A DNA stretch of 64,000 nucleotides. Source: a virus. A program made the translations under genes and the position numbers. The stretch is taken from positions 58,475 to 122,474 of the IMG/VR virus record IMGVR_UViG_3300042691_037350. One strand, written 5' to 3'. The notes below the pieces were generated by a model. It made no database searches, was not told where the DNA came from, and was given only the letters and a program-made list of their open reading frames with translations. Positions 21,701 to 31,836 of this stretch are shown here, in pieces (the stretch's first letter is position 1; each line of letters opens with the position of its first letter).

Positions 21701-24700
21701 AAGCTGCTATATACTAATTTACCATGTTCTTTAGATACCACTAATAGAGATTCCTACTTAAATAATATTAATATAATATTTAAACAAGTACCTAGAAAGC
21801 AATTATTAAATTATAAATTACGTCCTATTTCTTCAGCCGGAAATTTAGAAAAAATATTTTTTCATCCAAATAAAGGTATAGTTAAAAACACAGAATTATT
21901 TAATCTCACTTCTTTAATATATAATCCACAAGACTGTTCTTTTGATTTTGCTTATGAAAAAGAACTTTTTGAGAATGGTGCTAGAAACTATTCAGATAGT
22001 GGAGTAATGTTTTCTGGACACATATCAGATGATATACAACAAATTTTAGCCTTAAATGATAATTTATTAAATCATAAAAAATTAAGACTATATATTAAAT
22101 ATAATAATATTTGGTACGAGTATTTAAATCCACATATATTTGGTTTTCATAACAAATTTAATAATAATCTTTATCCTGGCCCACCCACCCTATTTGAATA
22201 TACAAAGCACGACAAATATAAAACACAGCTTAATATGGCTGAGTTTGTTGATGAACGATTGAATAGATCCCCCTTACCCAACATAACCTCTCCCTCACAA
22301 TTTATTCCGGCATCAGCAAAAGTAAATACAGAATTATTATATTTACATAATATTAAACCCACCGGAACGATTCATGGTTTATCAACGGAATTTTATCCAA
22401 TTCTAACTAGTAATTTTAGACTAGACAAAAACTCTAAGCGTAAAATTGTGCTTCAAGGATCTAGGCCATATTTTATGTTTGAAGAAAAAGATCCTGCAAT
22501 TTTTATACAAGATATAACAAGAATGAATAGTGATGAGCAAAACACTATTTTTAGAAATACATTTGTTGTGGATGCGAATGGTTATCGTTGGAGATATAAG
22601 GGAGAGGGAACAAAAACTAGCTTAGATTCTTATGAATTAGTTCCTCCGAGAAACTATTTAGATGCAAATTTTCATGAATTATGGATAGATTATCTAAATA
22701 ATAATGATGATGGCTATATAGCTAACACAGAATTACAAACAATTTCAACCGCAATCAAACTCATTGATAAAGATAATCCCAAAATTAATTATGAATACAA
22801 TGTTATTTCCAAATCTCTATATGCAAAAAGAGTCAATAGGTTCGGAAACGATTTAGATAAATTTGCTTATATTAAAGAAAGAGAGCATTTAGATGTTTAT
22901 ACTATATTAGAAATAGATATTTGTAAAGAGTGCTCTCTAAAATTATCAGAGGGAATTGTTCAATTAGTGCTACCACAAGCAAATGCAGAACAACTGAATA
23001 CAGACTCTTTTGTGGTTTTACAGAATTTTAAAGATTCTCTTAAGGCAGAATCAGACACACTGTTAAGAAACAAATATTATGAAACTAAATGGGGCGATTT
23101 AATTAATTTTGATAATAAAACTTTTAAGGATCTAAACAACTCCAAAATTTTAAATCAAAATTTATCCAGACTCTATCCTTCATCATTATATGACAATATT
23201 TTATATAGTATATCTGTTAATAACTTAGATACTGGTAATTTTAGATTTTTAATTACATCTAAAAATAATATAACTAATACTATAAGTAGTGGTGTGACCA
23301 ATTATGATGGACCCATATATTATAATATTCATCAAAAATATAACATTGGATTAGACAACTTATACCTATCGAGCACTATCAAGGATTATCAAAACTATTT
23401 ACCTATTATTGATATTAATTTTATTAAAGGTGATAAAATTAAAAATCAATCATGGTCTAATAATTTAATACAAAATTTTGTTAATAATAGTATTTCTACA
23501 GGACAGTTATATATTAGCGGTATCAGATCTTTTGTAGATAATACTTCTCTTGAGATAGACCCGCATAAGGTATCTACATTTTTTGTGTCTCTAGACAAAA
23601 ATACCAAACTTAGACCTGTTTTATTTAACAAAGATTTTTATTATAACACATTACGAGTTGATGATGTTTATTATAGATTAATTTCTCTAGAACAAGAACA
23701 AATATTTAATACTAGTGGTTGCTCCACAATATTTATGCCGAAAATAAACTTTTCTGCACAAACCTTTGCAGACTATTTTGATACAAACGGGTTCGATCTG
23801 TCTTCACCAATTATTAAAACTACTTTTGATACTCTACCGATATATTGCGACACGGATAAACCTGCTGAATTATGTGGAAATGAATCTTGTTCAATTAAAA
23901 CTGCTGGCTTTACCAAGCTCAAGGCTGGATATCAACACTATAAGTACACCCATATCACGCCTAAAGATTTAGAGTCTGTAAATACCTTAGAATTTGCACT
24001 TTCTGTTGATGAGGGACTATATAATACTGTTGGAGTTAATATGCTTCCTTATATTCAAAGATTTGAAATACCTCCAAATTCTAATTTATTTAATAATATT
24101 ACTTTAGATGGTACGGATGATTGTGTTATAGGTTCAGATAACCGCCCAGCAAGACCACAAAATTATATAGACACAGAGTATCAAAATAAATTAATAGAAT
24201 ATATATTGTCAGAAAATAATAAGGGTGATTTGGTTAAAAATACAGATATTTTAGCTAATGAAATGTTATTTAGATTAATTTATGGATCTAAAGAAACAAT
24301 ATCTTATGATACCATTAAAAAGAAAACAACGGCCGATCTAATTTTAGATAACACAAAAAAATCCATATCATACCTAGTACAATACTCTAGTCCAAGAACT
24401 ACGGCAGATCTTATATATGATTTAATACCATACGACTACTCTATATCTTCCGATTCTTCAAAAAGAAAAATTAATGGCTCTATTAATATAGAAGGAGTAT
24501 TATCTGTTGGTGCCAATGTTAGTGTTAATATTGGAGGATACTTAATATCTATTGCTATTCAAAATATTAATAATAAAATTTGTGCTGTTGCTTCTTGTAA
24601 CGGTAAAACATATACCAGTCCATTTTTTGATACGCTGCCCACCACAGTATCCACAACGGCTGTAACAGCCGGTACAATATTATACCCACCAGATGAAAAT

Positions 24701-26719
24701 AGTGATGTTGTAAAAATTACCACTTGTCGCGGGGGTGTGACTCCTTTGAGCTGGAGTCTGGGTAAATATTTTACAAGTATGGAAATAGGTAGCGAAGAAA
24801 ACAAAGTAGATCTGGCCGCAGAGTATAGGAAGTGTATAGCTGCAACTAATGGGTTGTGTTATAATGGACAGGTTCCAGTCAATCCTTCAGTATTATCTTT
24901 ATTTGCCTATGCTCCTGGTGGGCTATGTCCTTTGACCTGCTCGGTGTGTAATAGCAGGGGGTGGGCGAGTGAGGTATCTGTTCCTTATAATTGTACTATT
25001 TTGACTTCAAATAATAAGCCTGTTAAAATAGGAAGTTTGAGTAGAGGAGTATTTAATTGGGCTTCGTGTCAAGTAAAATATGCGAGTTTATCACTATCTC
25101 CTGGATTATATCTTGGAGACTTAGATGATCTAGTTGGTGGTACTGCAATCAGAAATCATGGTGCTGTGTCTAATTGCGTACCAAAACCAGCTCCATGCAA
25201 GGGTAATTGTTTACCTTTAGACGCAGAAGATAAATTTGGTAAAGTGTTTGATCCAATTAGATACGCTGGAACTACCAACGTTTTACCGTGTGAGTGTCAA
25301 AATTATTCATATGATTATTGTACAATTACTGAAAATTCTTGTAATTGTAAAGAATATGCTGGCGGCTTTCCTAAAATTTTTAATTATGAATTTGAAAATT
25401 GTAATTACACCTTTGATAATATGAAAGGGCATTTATTTAAATATAAAGATGGTGATCCCATAGAATCTAATGGGGTTAATGAAAACTATGGGTGTGATCT
25501 ATTAGAATCATTAACCATAGGAAGTAGAAACGGAGCGGCAGAAGAGGAGTGTTATTGGCTGGAGTGCAAAGGAGCCACACCACCAGATTGGGATATATAT
25601 AAAATTACATCTTCTACATCAAACCCATACGACCCATTATGCCCAACATTCTTGTGTTCAATAACATATGATAATAATACTGCTAATATTAACTTAGTAG
25701 GAGGTACTGGTGGATGTTTTGATATTCAATTAAGAAATGATTGTCCAGTAATATCTATTACATTACCCAATAATACTTTTACTTTTACAGATAATATTAA
25801 TAGCGAGTGTACAGAATGTGATGTGTCTAAAAATACTTTGTCTATGACGCCGGAGATACAGAATCCAGAATGGGATATTATTACAGAAACTAGAACGGCT
25901 ATTTTGGGCTATCTTCCTATTGAGGGAGATAAAAATGTAGATCTTGTCGGTGGAGGCGGCAAGATTTATGTTGATCGAGGTATTTGTGATGTACCGCCTC
26001 CTGGTTATTGTTGTTACGATGCTTGTTATACTAGTGATGGAGCTACTATGCAGTGTGGACAATCTGCTCCAGGCAGTTGGCCGTGGAGCTATGCGTTAGT
26101 ATGTAATTTAAATGGTTCTTATTCCCCAACATTTACTCCATGTGTCTCTAATCCGCTACCAAAGATAGGTACTAATGCAACATTGGTAGGTAATGTTCTA
26201 AGTAGTGTGGGTTTCGCTGTTGGTTCAGATAATACCACAGTGAAAAGAAGTCATATAGCTCATTGGAAAGAATTAATGCAAGCGGCTTATTTTGATATAT
26301 CTGCTTGTCATAATAATTACAATGTTGTTAATACCCAGGATTTAGTAGAGGGTGTTGTTCCTGGTTCTTGTACACAAATTAAATTTGAAGTATTAAATTA
26401 TCCTATGGTTGCATGGAGACAAACCTTAAGTGGTGGCGTTATGGAACACGGGTACTATGGGGTTCATGTGGCCTATTTTGAATATGAATATAGAAGACCT
26501 CGTACGATTCAGGATGTATTTCTTAAAGATAATACTAGTAAATGCTCCACAAGGATTGCTTACCCCGCTAGTTCTTCATATAATATTACAGAAAAATATA
26601 AAATACCAGATTGTCAAACTAGTCCAGCATGTTTTGACACTAAAGTATCTCCATGTAATGAAGGAAACACCTGTTGTGAACAACGTCAAAATAATAGTAA
26701 TATAACTTCGAGGCCATAA
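18752..26719 (+). CDS. Giant Cys-rich protein (2655 aa), probably virion-associated
   Basis: Uninterrupted ORF with dense Cys clusters (CNC, CCNGAC, CECQNYSYDYC, CCYDAC, TCCE), strongest in the C-terminal ~650 aa. No recognisable catalytic motif. Confidence 0.55.
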   Translation: MNNNCSIFKKSLFKDADISSFNLELDWLKGLIPEYNPSYSGIWLPIVIKPDQSSVSFVDILSRSELEQSLFDPCNCIAVTGDSGDEEDPENVSLDCSYCYKNGINYTFSWQLTDQNSNISSPPISSNCCNGACDARMLKDDYLAKLPVLNASYITKFYDWKNQLQFPACSNKGLGYEHFAFTKKLDSFTNDVPKLMIDWKIKERISEIPPNDIDSYHQDIDTHEKSYTRSLLNSKTCGNFLLTKLHPSYDKNPIYPALSGLIGDIAMTGNFSKLLPSVSNFSKPYGFKNQDHYNIFAKTEKLGSYWKWNYSSGILCWYRYFDIDLDPNEDDRLIKGVDLYISDGDVFYATNDGPEPLPVDQNQTPPDIKLCPSGLKLVKDNAVTGIIPSGSEFIYISENLYSKAYSIIGRLDDLEAALDIPNADKISPINKLQLSCLLATGPNYSEVTVDLLKTVPNIDDLTKDYSRDLYKQIKIFNSGMLLKQQHSANKLNIVKTKTDLMNTLANKYGCYLWCPPHSTISLDFKKDYDPHCYIDLDFEPVIKYTDTFFGRQCTPPIDCLDTTTERNFSYDQKVVVGDLTFNTSVDKRYKSQNCVSGDFTIDKAVNIISAYFNDQLIKEQIYGSGCSVFYQKYLRPVSYELALDTFGESICSVHRLCDKLLAFKYNNDNNWFGTTNELKEGKFLDGSLILDRRYPANASNINVDRIGFHRDGGLYYDSNNLGSGNVIFIKDAENSTRGSFSISFSTKDVGIKLYNIEIYHLRDATFTNCKTFPLDHACKCFPLSSVTGYRYNCDGSLTFSNENAVLYTPNLSTQSSPILTSYGGYSTLELTKIIGEQLLPNHPDPGELLSTVNRIIDPLNPYGCTKEIAASFPSYVYTNWHIGLPNYSTDHTDVWMKVIENVSLFNPTIPKYDYETGEFEIINNPSYRRYTTKAVVNGTTIYNSQQKILFDKDTSIPGSFQLELTNPFLFSLLSQLSEDMERNKLLYTNLPCSLDTTNRDSYLNNINIIFKQVPRKQLLNYKLRPISSAGNLEKIFFHPNKGIVKNTELFNLTSLIYNPQDCSFDFAYEKELFENGARNYSDSGVMFSGHISDDIQQILALNDNLLNHKKLRLYIKYNNIWYEYLNPHIFGFHNKFNNNLYPGPPTLFEYTKHDKYKTQLNMAEFVDERLNRSPLPNITSPSQFIPASAKVNTELLYLHNIKPTGTIHGLSTEFYPILTSNFRLDKNSKRKIVLQGSRPYFMFEEKDPAIFIQDITRMNSDEQNTIFRNTFVVDANGYRWRYKGEGTKTSLDSYELVPPRNYLDANFHELWIDYLNNNDDGYIANTELQTISTAIKLIDKDNPKINYEYNVISKSLYAKRVNRFGNDLDKFAYIKEREHLDVYTILEIDICKECSLKLSEGIVQLVLPQANAEQLNTDSFVVLQNFKDSLKAESDTLLRNKYYETKWGDLINFDNKTFKDLNNSKILNQNLSRLYPSSLYDNILYSISVNNLDTGNFRFLITSKNNITNTISSGVTNYDGPIYYNIHQKYNIGLDNLYLSSTIKDYQNYLPIIDINFIKGDKIKNQSWSNNLIQNFVNNSISTGQLYISGIRSFVDNTSLEIDPHKVSTFFVSLDKNTKLRPVLFNKDFYYNTLRVDDVYYRLISLEQEQIFNTSGCSTIFMPKINFSAQTFADYFDTNGFDLSSPIIKTTFDTLPIYCDTDKPAELCGNESCSIKTAGFTKLKAGYQHYKYTHITPKDLESVNTLEFALSVDEGLYNTVGVNMLPYIQRFEIPPNSNLFNNITLDGTDDCVIGSDNRPARPQNYIDTEYQNKLIEYILSENNKGDLVKNTDILANEMLFRLIYGSKETISYDTIKKKTTADLILDNTKKSISYLVQYSSPRTTADLIYDLIPYDYSISSDSSKRKINGSINIEGVLSVGANVSVNIGGYLISIAIQNINNKICAVASCNGKTYTSPFFDTLPTTVSTTAVTAGTILYPPDENSDVVKITTCRGGVTPLSWSLGKYFTSMEIGSEENKVDLAAEYRKCIAATNGLCYNGQVPVNPSVLSLFAYAPGGLCPLTCSVCNSRGWASEVSVPYNCTILTSNNKPVKIGSLSRGVFNWASCQVKYASLSLSPGLYLGDLDDLVGGTAIRNHGAVSNCVPKPAPCKGNCLPLDAEDKFGKVFDPIRYAGTTNVLPCECQNYSYDYCTITENSCNCKEYAGGFPKIFNYEFENCNYTFDNMKGHLFKYKDGDPIESNGVNENYGCDLLESLTIGSRNGAAEEECYWLECKGATPPDWDIYKITSSTSNPYDPLCPTFLCSITYDNNTANINLVGGTGGCFDIQLRNDCPVISITLPNNTFTFTDNINSECTECDVSKNTLSMTPEIQNPEWDIITETRTAILGYLPIEGDKNVDLVGGGGKIYVDRGICDVPPPGYCCYDACYTSDGATMQCGQSAPGSWPWSYALVCNLNGSYSPTFTPCVSNPLPKIGTNATLVGNVLSSVGFAVGSDNTTVKRSHIAHWKELMQAAYFDISACHNNYNVVNTQDLVEGVVPGSCTQIKFEVLNYPMVAWRQTLSGGVMEHGYYGVHVAYFEYEYRRPRTIQDVFLKDNTSKCSTRIAYPASSSYNITEKYKIPDCQTSPACFDTKVSPCNEGNTCCEQRQNNSNITSRP

Positions 26720-27213
26720 TGTCTGACACTAATCCATATTGTAATTTAATAGACACTAATACTGTTTTTAATAAGAAAAAGGTATATTCTTGTACTTATT
26801 GTGGTATTAAAATTGGTTTAGATAATCCTGATACAAAAATGTTTTGTTTTAAAAAGATTCAAGATTTTTCTATGTCTATTAAAAAAATAACCAATCCTTT
26901 GGGTTCTGTGGATCCTATACATATAGGAGAAAACGAATCCATGCAAGAAGTTATTTTAGATAAGGTTATTAAAGATAATGAAGCTGAAGCTCAAATTAAA
27001 GCAAACGAAGGTAACCCACAAAATCTTTGTAACGATGAGCAAATAGAATCTAGATTAGCTATATGTAGAGGTTGTGAATTTTATAAAGATAATTCTTGTA
27101 TACTTTGTGGATGTCAAATTGTAAGAGAGGCTAATCATATGAATAAACTAGCCCACAAAGATCAAAAGTGTCCTGCGGATAAGTGGGGTCCTATCGTTGA
27201 CGAACAAAGCTAG
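26719..27213 (+). CDS. Small multi-Cys protein with a DUF6171-like C-terminal domain
   Basis: N-terminal CTYC, then RLAICRGC-x7-CILCGC...KCPADKW. TAATG-coupled to the giant Cys-rich gene. Confidence 0.6.
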   Translation: MSDTNPYCNLIDTNTVFNKKKVYSCTYCGIKIGLDNPDTKMFCFKKIQDFSMSIKKITNPLGSVDPIHIGENESMQEVILDKVIKDNEAEAQIKANEGNPQNLCNDEQIESRLAICRGCEFYKDNSCILCGCQIVREANHMNKLAHKDQKCPADKWGPIVDEQS

Positions 27214-28159
27214 TAATTGGTCTTACAGGATCACCGTAGTGAACCAATAGTGGCAAAGTTTCTGTCTTACCGTCCACACGAATAATTAGAGTACCCTTTA
27301 CTTGTTGAGCCCTAGACCAATTCATAAAAAAGTGTACTCCAACCACATATTCTGCAAATGGTGCATTTCCTGGTGCCCAAAAAATATTTTCTATAGGTCT
27401 AGGACTTAATAATCTTGGATGTGCATTCATATCTATATCTAATGCACCCCCACAAAACCCTACTCTGTTTGTCCAGTTAATATTAGATCCTATTGGTTTA
27501 ACTAGAACATGAAGATCAAGATCATCTATGGTGTCCCAAGATAAAGATATTTGAACATCTCCGGTTTTAGCACCATATTCTTTTAATCTTTTTTGTATCT
27601 CCCCAACCTTCATCTGCTCCGCAATATTAGATACAGATTGTTGGTCAAGTTCTCCTCTCCTAGATAACAACACTTGTGTATTAGTTCGTCCTGTATAAAC
27701 AACTTTTGGATCTGGCATTGGACTAGCGGTTTTGATCTCTTCTGTTAAAACATCCGCAGCAATATTATCTATAAAATCGGATGGTTTATCAAATCCAGTA
27801 TCAGGTACGGGTATATTTTCTATTTTTAGAGTATCTTCCATTAAAGACACCGCACTAATTCCAGCATCTATAGATGCCGCCTCCAACGTATCCTTAGATT
27901 CTTCCAAAGATACTATTTTTATAGGTGGTTCTTCTAGAGGCTCAGTTAAAGGTTCAACATTTTCTTCTACTGAAGCAAAGTTTAACTCTATAACTATTCT
28001 TTGTTTATCAACCACAACAGGAAATAGCATAGCCATAATTAAAAATATTATGGTGTGTACTATTAGGCTATGCCAGACACCAGATAAATATAAATAACCA
28101 ACTGTCTGTTCTATATTGTTTAGGATGGATTGTCGTTGTTTTTTTGCCATTTGTGCCAA
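27191..28159 (-). CDS. Membrane-anchored protein with a C-terminal YfaP/DUF2135-like domain
   Basis: N-terminal TM helix (SLIVHTIIFLIMAMLF), acidic Pro/Glu linker, then GDVQISLSWDTIDDLDLHV...GGALDIDMN...ENIFW. The start may be the second Met at 28150. Confidence 0.65.
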   Translation of the reverse strand: MAQMAKKQRQSILNNIEQTVGYLYLSGVWHSLIVHTIIFLIMAMLFPVVVDKQRIVIELNFASVEENVEPLTEPLEEPPIKIVSLEESKDTLEAASIDAGISAVSLMEDTLKIENIPVPDTGFDKPSDFIDNIAADVLTEEIKTASPMPDPKVVYTGRTNTQVLLSRRGELDQQSVSNIAEQMKVGEIQKRLKEYGAKTGDVQISLSWDTIDDLDLHVLVKPIGSNINWTNRVGFCGGALDIDMNAHPRLLSPRPIENIFWAPGNAPFAEYVVGVHFFMNWSRAQQVKGTLIIRVDGKTETLPLLVHYGDPVRPITSFVRQR

Positions 28160-28452
28160 CCGTTATGCGGTAACCAATTGTTGTTGTCATCTTTTCTTTT
28201 GGGGAAAAGAGTACCGCCCTTCTTATGTTGTCCGAAAGCTAGAATTGCTCCACAATCACTGCATCGCAACTCATAATAGTCATTTCCGTCTACGTTCCTG
28301 ACGATATATCTAATGTTTGTTTTACTACACAAACCACACTTTTCTTCTCCAAAAATTTCTTGAATTAACGCCAGTTCTTTGAAGACTTCTTTTTGTCCAG
28401 AACCTTCTAATTCAAATTCTAGTTTTGAGTTTGGTTTGTATCGTAGTTTCAT
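28120..28452 (-). CDS. Zinc-ribbon hypothetical protein
   Basis: CGLC...CSDC motifs. 110 aa, directly downstream of the annealing protein. Confidence 0.55.
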   Translation of the reverse strand: MKLRYKPNSKLEFELEGSGQKEVFKELALIQEIFGEEKCGLCSKTNIRYIVRNVDGNDYYELRCSDCGAILAFGQHKKGGTLFPKRKDDNNNWLPHNGWHKWQKNNDNPS

Positions 28453-28455
28453 GGT

Positions 28456-29166
28456 TTACTTTCTTTGTTTCCAGTTTGGTTGATAATTCAACAAATCTGG
28501 AGATATATTATCCACATTTTGTTGAAGTTTTGTTAGTTCTTTGATGAGCAACACAGCATCATCATGAGATATATTATCTATATAATCAGATGATATTGCA
28601 AGCGTGTCCATTAAACCAATTACATTAATATTCAACCTCTTAGACATTACATCTATAAAATTAATTTGATTATTGCTAATTTTAGAGACAGAATTTTCGT
28701 CTGGATTATCTTCTATATCTTTAGCAATTTCTTCTGCGGCAACCACCTTGCGAAGTCTTAATGCTCTACGCAAAGCTCTTCCTTCGGCCCTGGTTTCTGC
28801 TACCGCTACGGGATGATTGCGATATATCTTGTCACAATTACCCCAATAAACGTCCGCAGCGCCGTCTACAGACACTTTATTTAAATGTGGCGAGTCAGAT
28901 GACTCGTCGTTTAAATAATAGGATATGGTGTGAACAACCGTGGCCCTCTTTTCGTTATTTGGTTCTGGAGATTGAGCCACTTTTGTAATAGATTCAAGCA
29001 CCCTACAGTTTAAAGCTTTTTCGAAAATGCGTCTCAAACCATCCGTAGTAGGATTACCGGCTATTTTCTCATCTTCTGACAATAGGCTTAATACATAGTC
29101 CGTCCACTCTATGTCATGAATAGAAGGAACCTTTTCCTTTTTGTCTGATGATTTTTCCTTGCTCAT
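28456..29166 (-). CDS. Single-strand annealing protein (Rad52/Sak/ERF-like)
   Basis: GAAD...HPVAVAETRAEGRALRRAL helix motif and an ISNNQINFI C-terminal subdomain typical of phage annealing recombinases. Confidence 0.6.
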   Translation of the reverse strand: MSKEKSSDKKEKVPSIHDIEWTDYVLSLLSEDEKIAGNPTTDGLRRIFEKALNCRVLESITKVAQSPEPNNEKRATVVHTISYYLNDESSDSPHLNKVSVDGAADVYWGNCDKIYRNHPVAVAETRAEGRALRRALRLRKVVAAEEIAKDIEDNPDENSVSKISNNQINFIDVMSKRLNINVIGLMDTLAISSDYIDNISHDDAVLLIKELTKLQQNVDNISPDLLNYQPNWKQRK

Positions 29167-29957
29167 AGTGAATCCTCTATTTCTATAGTCTTTCCTTGTG
29201 TGCTTTTCATTTCTTCTATAGCGCGAATTAATTTATCATAAACGATAGTTGCCCTAGACTGAGAATAATCATGTAGTTGCTTTATTCTAATCAAAGACAA
29301 ACCCTTACCTATAATCAAACCAGTCTTTTTCTTATCATATTTTTGGTTTCTAGCCAAAACGTCTTCTCCCCAAACAGGAAGAAAATGAGAAGGACCATCA
29401 ACCTCTATTGCTATGTTCATTGTAGGCAGAAAGAGATCAATTTGCAACTTGGTATTTGATAGGATTTGCTCTTTATGAAACTCTACCATGAATCCGTGTG
29501 CTAATAATTCTTGTAATAGAAACTTTTCTAGCTTAGAACCTGATTTACTGCTTTTTCTCACAGCTTGATTAGCCGAAGCTATAATGTTTTCTTTTTGGTC
29601 TTCATCCATAGCTTGCCAAGCTTGTTTGCTTTTTTGTTTTCTTGCTTCTAGGGATTGTGCATCCATATTGTCCCAGGATTTCATGACAGATAATCCTATT
29701 TTACTTTTGGTAGAAGCGTCTCTAACGGAACCTTTAGTGGGATGTTTGTGTTTACCTGTTTTAAGAGCATTGGCTTGTGCTTCGCTTTTGTCTCTAATTT
29801 GTATACCTAGTTTTAGAGCATCTCTTCTAATTTTATTAGCATATGTATTATATTCGAGAGCTATATCAGCAAAACTCTTTTTATTAATCAAATATTGTTT
29901 ATTGATTAAGTCTATTTTTTGTTGATCAGATAAAGAACTATATTTTGGTGATGACAC
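29163..29957 (-). CDS. Putative endonuclease: HTH, NUMOD3-like segment and DUF559/Vsr-like PD-(D/E)XK domain
   Basis: SFADIALEYNTYANKIRR (HTH-like), STKSKIGLSVMKSW (NUMOD3-like), SKLE...IDLFLPTMNIAIEVDGPSH (nuclease core). Confidence 0.65.
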   Translation of the reverse strand: MSSPKYSSLSDQQKIDLINKQYLINKKSFADIALEYNTYANKIRRDALKLGIQIRDKSEAQANALKTGKHKHPTKGSVRDASTKSKIGLSVMKSWDNMDAQSLEARKQKSKQAWQAMDEDQKENIIASANQAVRKSSKSGSKLEKFLLQELLAHGFMVEFHKEQILSNTKLQIDLFLPTMNIAIEVDGPSHFLPVWGEDVLARNQKYDKKKTGLIIGKGLSLIRIKQLHDYSQSRATIVYDKLIRAIEEMKSTQGKTIEIEDSL

Positions 29958-30414
29958 TATGAAGCTCCTTTGCGTTGATATTATCTATTGTGGCAATTGG
30001 CCTAGACCAACATATATCGAGTAGGTCTGCTATAGATTCATCTTTAGCTATTAAATGTATATTATTGTTATCATAAATGCTTTTCCAAAACATAACCGGA
30101 ATAGAATGATCATTAGTCCAACTAAGGTCATCTATATACAAAATTTGGTTTTTTGGCGATGGGAAGGTTTTGGTGATCATTGCGCTTTTAATATCGAAAC
30201 AAATCAAGGTGCCACGAAAATATTTTGCTTGATTGATGTGTATAATAGGAAATTTTTTATTATTATCTGTTCTATCATATTGACTATTAAAAAGTATGAT
30301 GTTATCATATGGATTTTGATCCACCATATCATTTAATACGGTAATTATATTATTACATTTTTCAGAATGGTCGGCTCGAATTAAATAAAATGCTAGATCC
30401 ACTTTATGCCTCAA
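29938..30414 (-). CDS. Hypothetical protein, possible glycosyltransferase N-terminal Rossmann-like fragment
   Basis: Alpha/beta pattern, last gene of the GT cluster, no catalytic motif. Confidence 0.35.
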   Translation of the reverse strand: MRHKVDLAFYLIRADHSEKCNNIITVLNDMVDQNPYDNIILFNSQYDRTDNNKKFPIIHINQAKYFRGTLICFDIKSAMITKTFPSPKNQILYIDDLSWTNDHSIPVMFWKSIYDNNNIHLIAKDESIADLLDICWSRPIATIDNINAKELHSVITKI

Positions 30415-31150
30415 TAAATTTTAGTAGGTTATTATTAATGAAATTTTGGATGGAGTATTGTTCTATATTCTCTTTTGGTTCTATTAGTGTGTTGTTTTCT
30501 ATGTTTTTATGTATGTCTGGTTGCAGAGCTAGATTAGATATACCGCAAGCTTGAGCTTCTATCAGGTACGAGCCGGTTATATCCAATAGTTTATTGTATT
30601 GATTAAATAATAGGCTAATATCTGAACTATTGGCCACACCTATATTTTGAACATGTTTAAATTCTGGATTATTAATAGTTACTATTTTTAGTTTTGTATT
30701 AGGATACAAGATATTGTTTAATAACTTATGATTTATAGCGTTATCACTATGCAATATCGTTAAAATTTTATCATTTCTTTCGACATTAAGGTTATGAAAT
30801 ACTGTGGAATCGTATATATATTCGTATCCTAGGTTTATGTGACTGTTGATACTATTTTGTTTAATGGTTTTTATATTAAAATTGTTACAGTATTGAGCGA
30901 GATCCTTGTGTACGATGTCGCCCATAAAAATAATAATATTTACTTTATCTTTAAATGTATCTACAAATTGATGAAACTCTTGAGTATACTCATAGATTGG
31001 AAATATAATCGTGGAAGGGGTATGCTTATGATATATATCGAAAATATTTTCATGAAAAGAACCACTAATAAGATTAACGTGACTATTTAACTGTTGCAAT
31101 AATGGCAAATAAATTCTATGATTACAAATATGTGCTAATATTTTATTCAT
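30404..31150 (-). CDS. Degenerate GT-B-like protein
   Basis: LLFNQYNKLLD...SYLIEAQACGI resembles the GT4 donor-binding helix, but the first Glu of E-x7-E is missing. Confidence 0.45.
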   Translation of the reverse strand: MNKILAHICNHRIYLPLLQQLNSHVNLISGSFHENIFDIYHKHTPSTIIFPIYEYTQEFHQFVDTFKDKVNIIIFMGDIVHKDLAQYCNNFNIKTIKQNSINSHINLGYEYIYDSTVFHNLNVERNDKILTILHSDNAINHKLLNNILYPNTKLKIVTINNPEFKHVQNIGVANSSDISLLFNQYNKLLDITGSYLIEAQACGISNLALQPDIHKNIENNTLIEPKENIEQYSIQNFINNNLLKFIEA

Positions 31151-31836
31151 ACTGTTTCTTTAATTTGGTTAGAGTCTTTGATACTAGATATTTTAATAAC
31201 GCTGTTATTTTTAGTTTTTACTGGCTCATACAAAACACCAGATTCTATAGACTTATTGATTAGTTCAAACAAAAACATATTTCTCATAGAGTTATTGTAT
31301 ATAGTCTTATACTTAGTTAACGATGTGTTGTCAATATAAATTATTTCATTCCAGACATTGTCCGTGAGATTAAAAAACATGTGCTGCACTTTGGAATTAA
31401 CAATTGTAAAACCTATGGGGAAGTTAATGGTGTTGGTATTATTAAAATAATATAATTTTGGTGTGGATCTATTAGAAGTTAATAAATTATTTTTAATATC
31501 GTTGTTGAACAAGATTCCATTATTAATAATAATACATCCATCATATTTTTGCTCGTTATAGTTCTTTAAAATAAGCTCAAAAGCATATCCATGATTGGTT
31601 GATTCATATAAATCATTTTTTATGATATTAATGTTTGGATATTCTATTCTTTTTTTAATTTTATCTAAACCAAATCCCAAAATGACATATGTGTCTATAT
31701 TTTTATCTTTAATATTGGCTATTTGGCAATTAATTAACTCCTTAGATTTTTTGGATTTCAATAAACCTTTTGGGCCTATAGATTTCATACCCCGAGTAAT
31801 TTCGTACGATAGAATAAAACAAGCTAATTTTTTCAT
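31147..31836 (-). CDS. Divergent NTP-transferase (GlmU/LicC-like fold)
   Basis: ITRGMKSIGPKGLL, VILGFG, IIKNDLYESTN. The canonical LAAGxGxR loop is eroded (ILSYEITRGMK). Confidence 0.55.
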   Translation of the reverse strand: MKKLACFILSYEITRGMKSIGPKGLLKSKKSKELINCQIANIKDKNIDTYVILGFGLDKIKKRIEYPNINIIKNDLYESTNHGYAFELILKNYNEQKYDGCIIINNGILFNNDIKNNLLTSNRSTPKLYYFNNTNTINFPIGFTIVNSKVQHMFFNLTDNVWNEIIYIDNTSLTKYKTIYNNSMRNMFLFELINKSIESGVLYEPVKTKNNSVIKISSIKDSNQIKETV

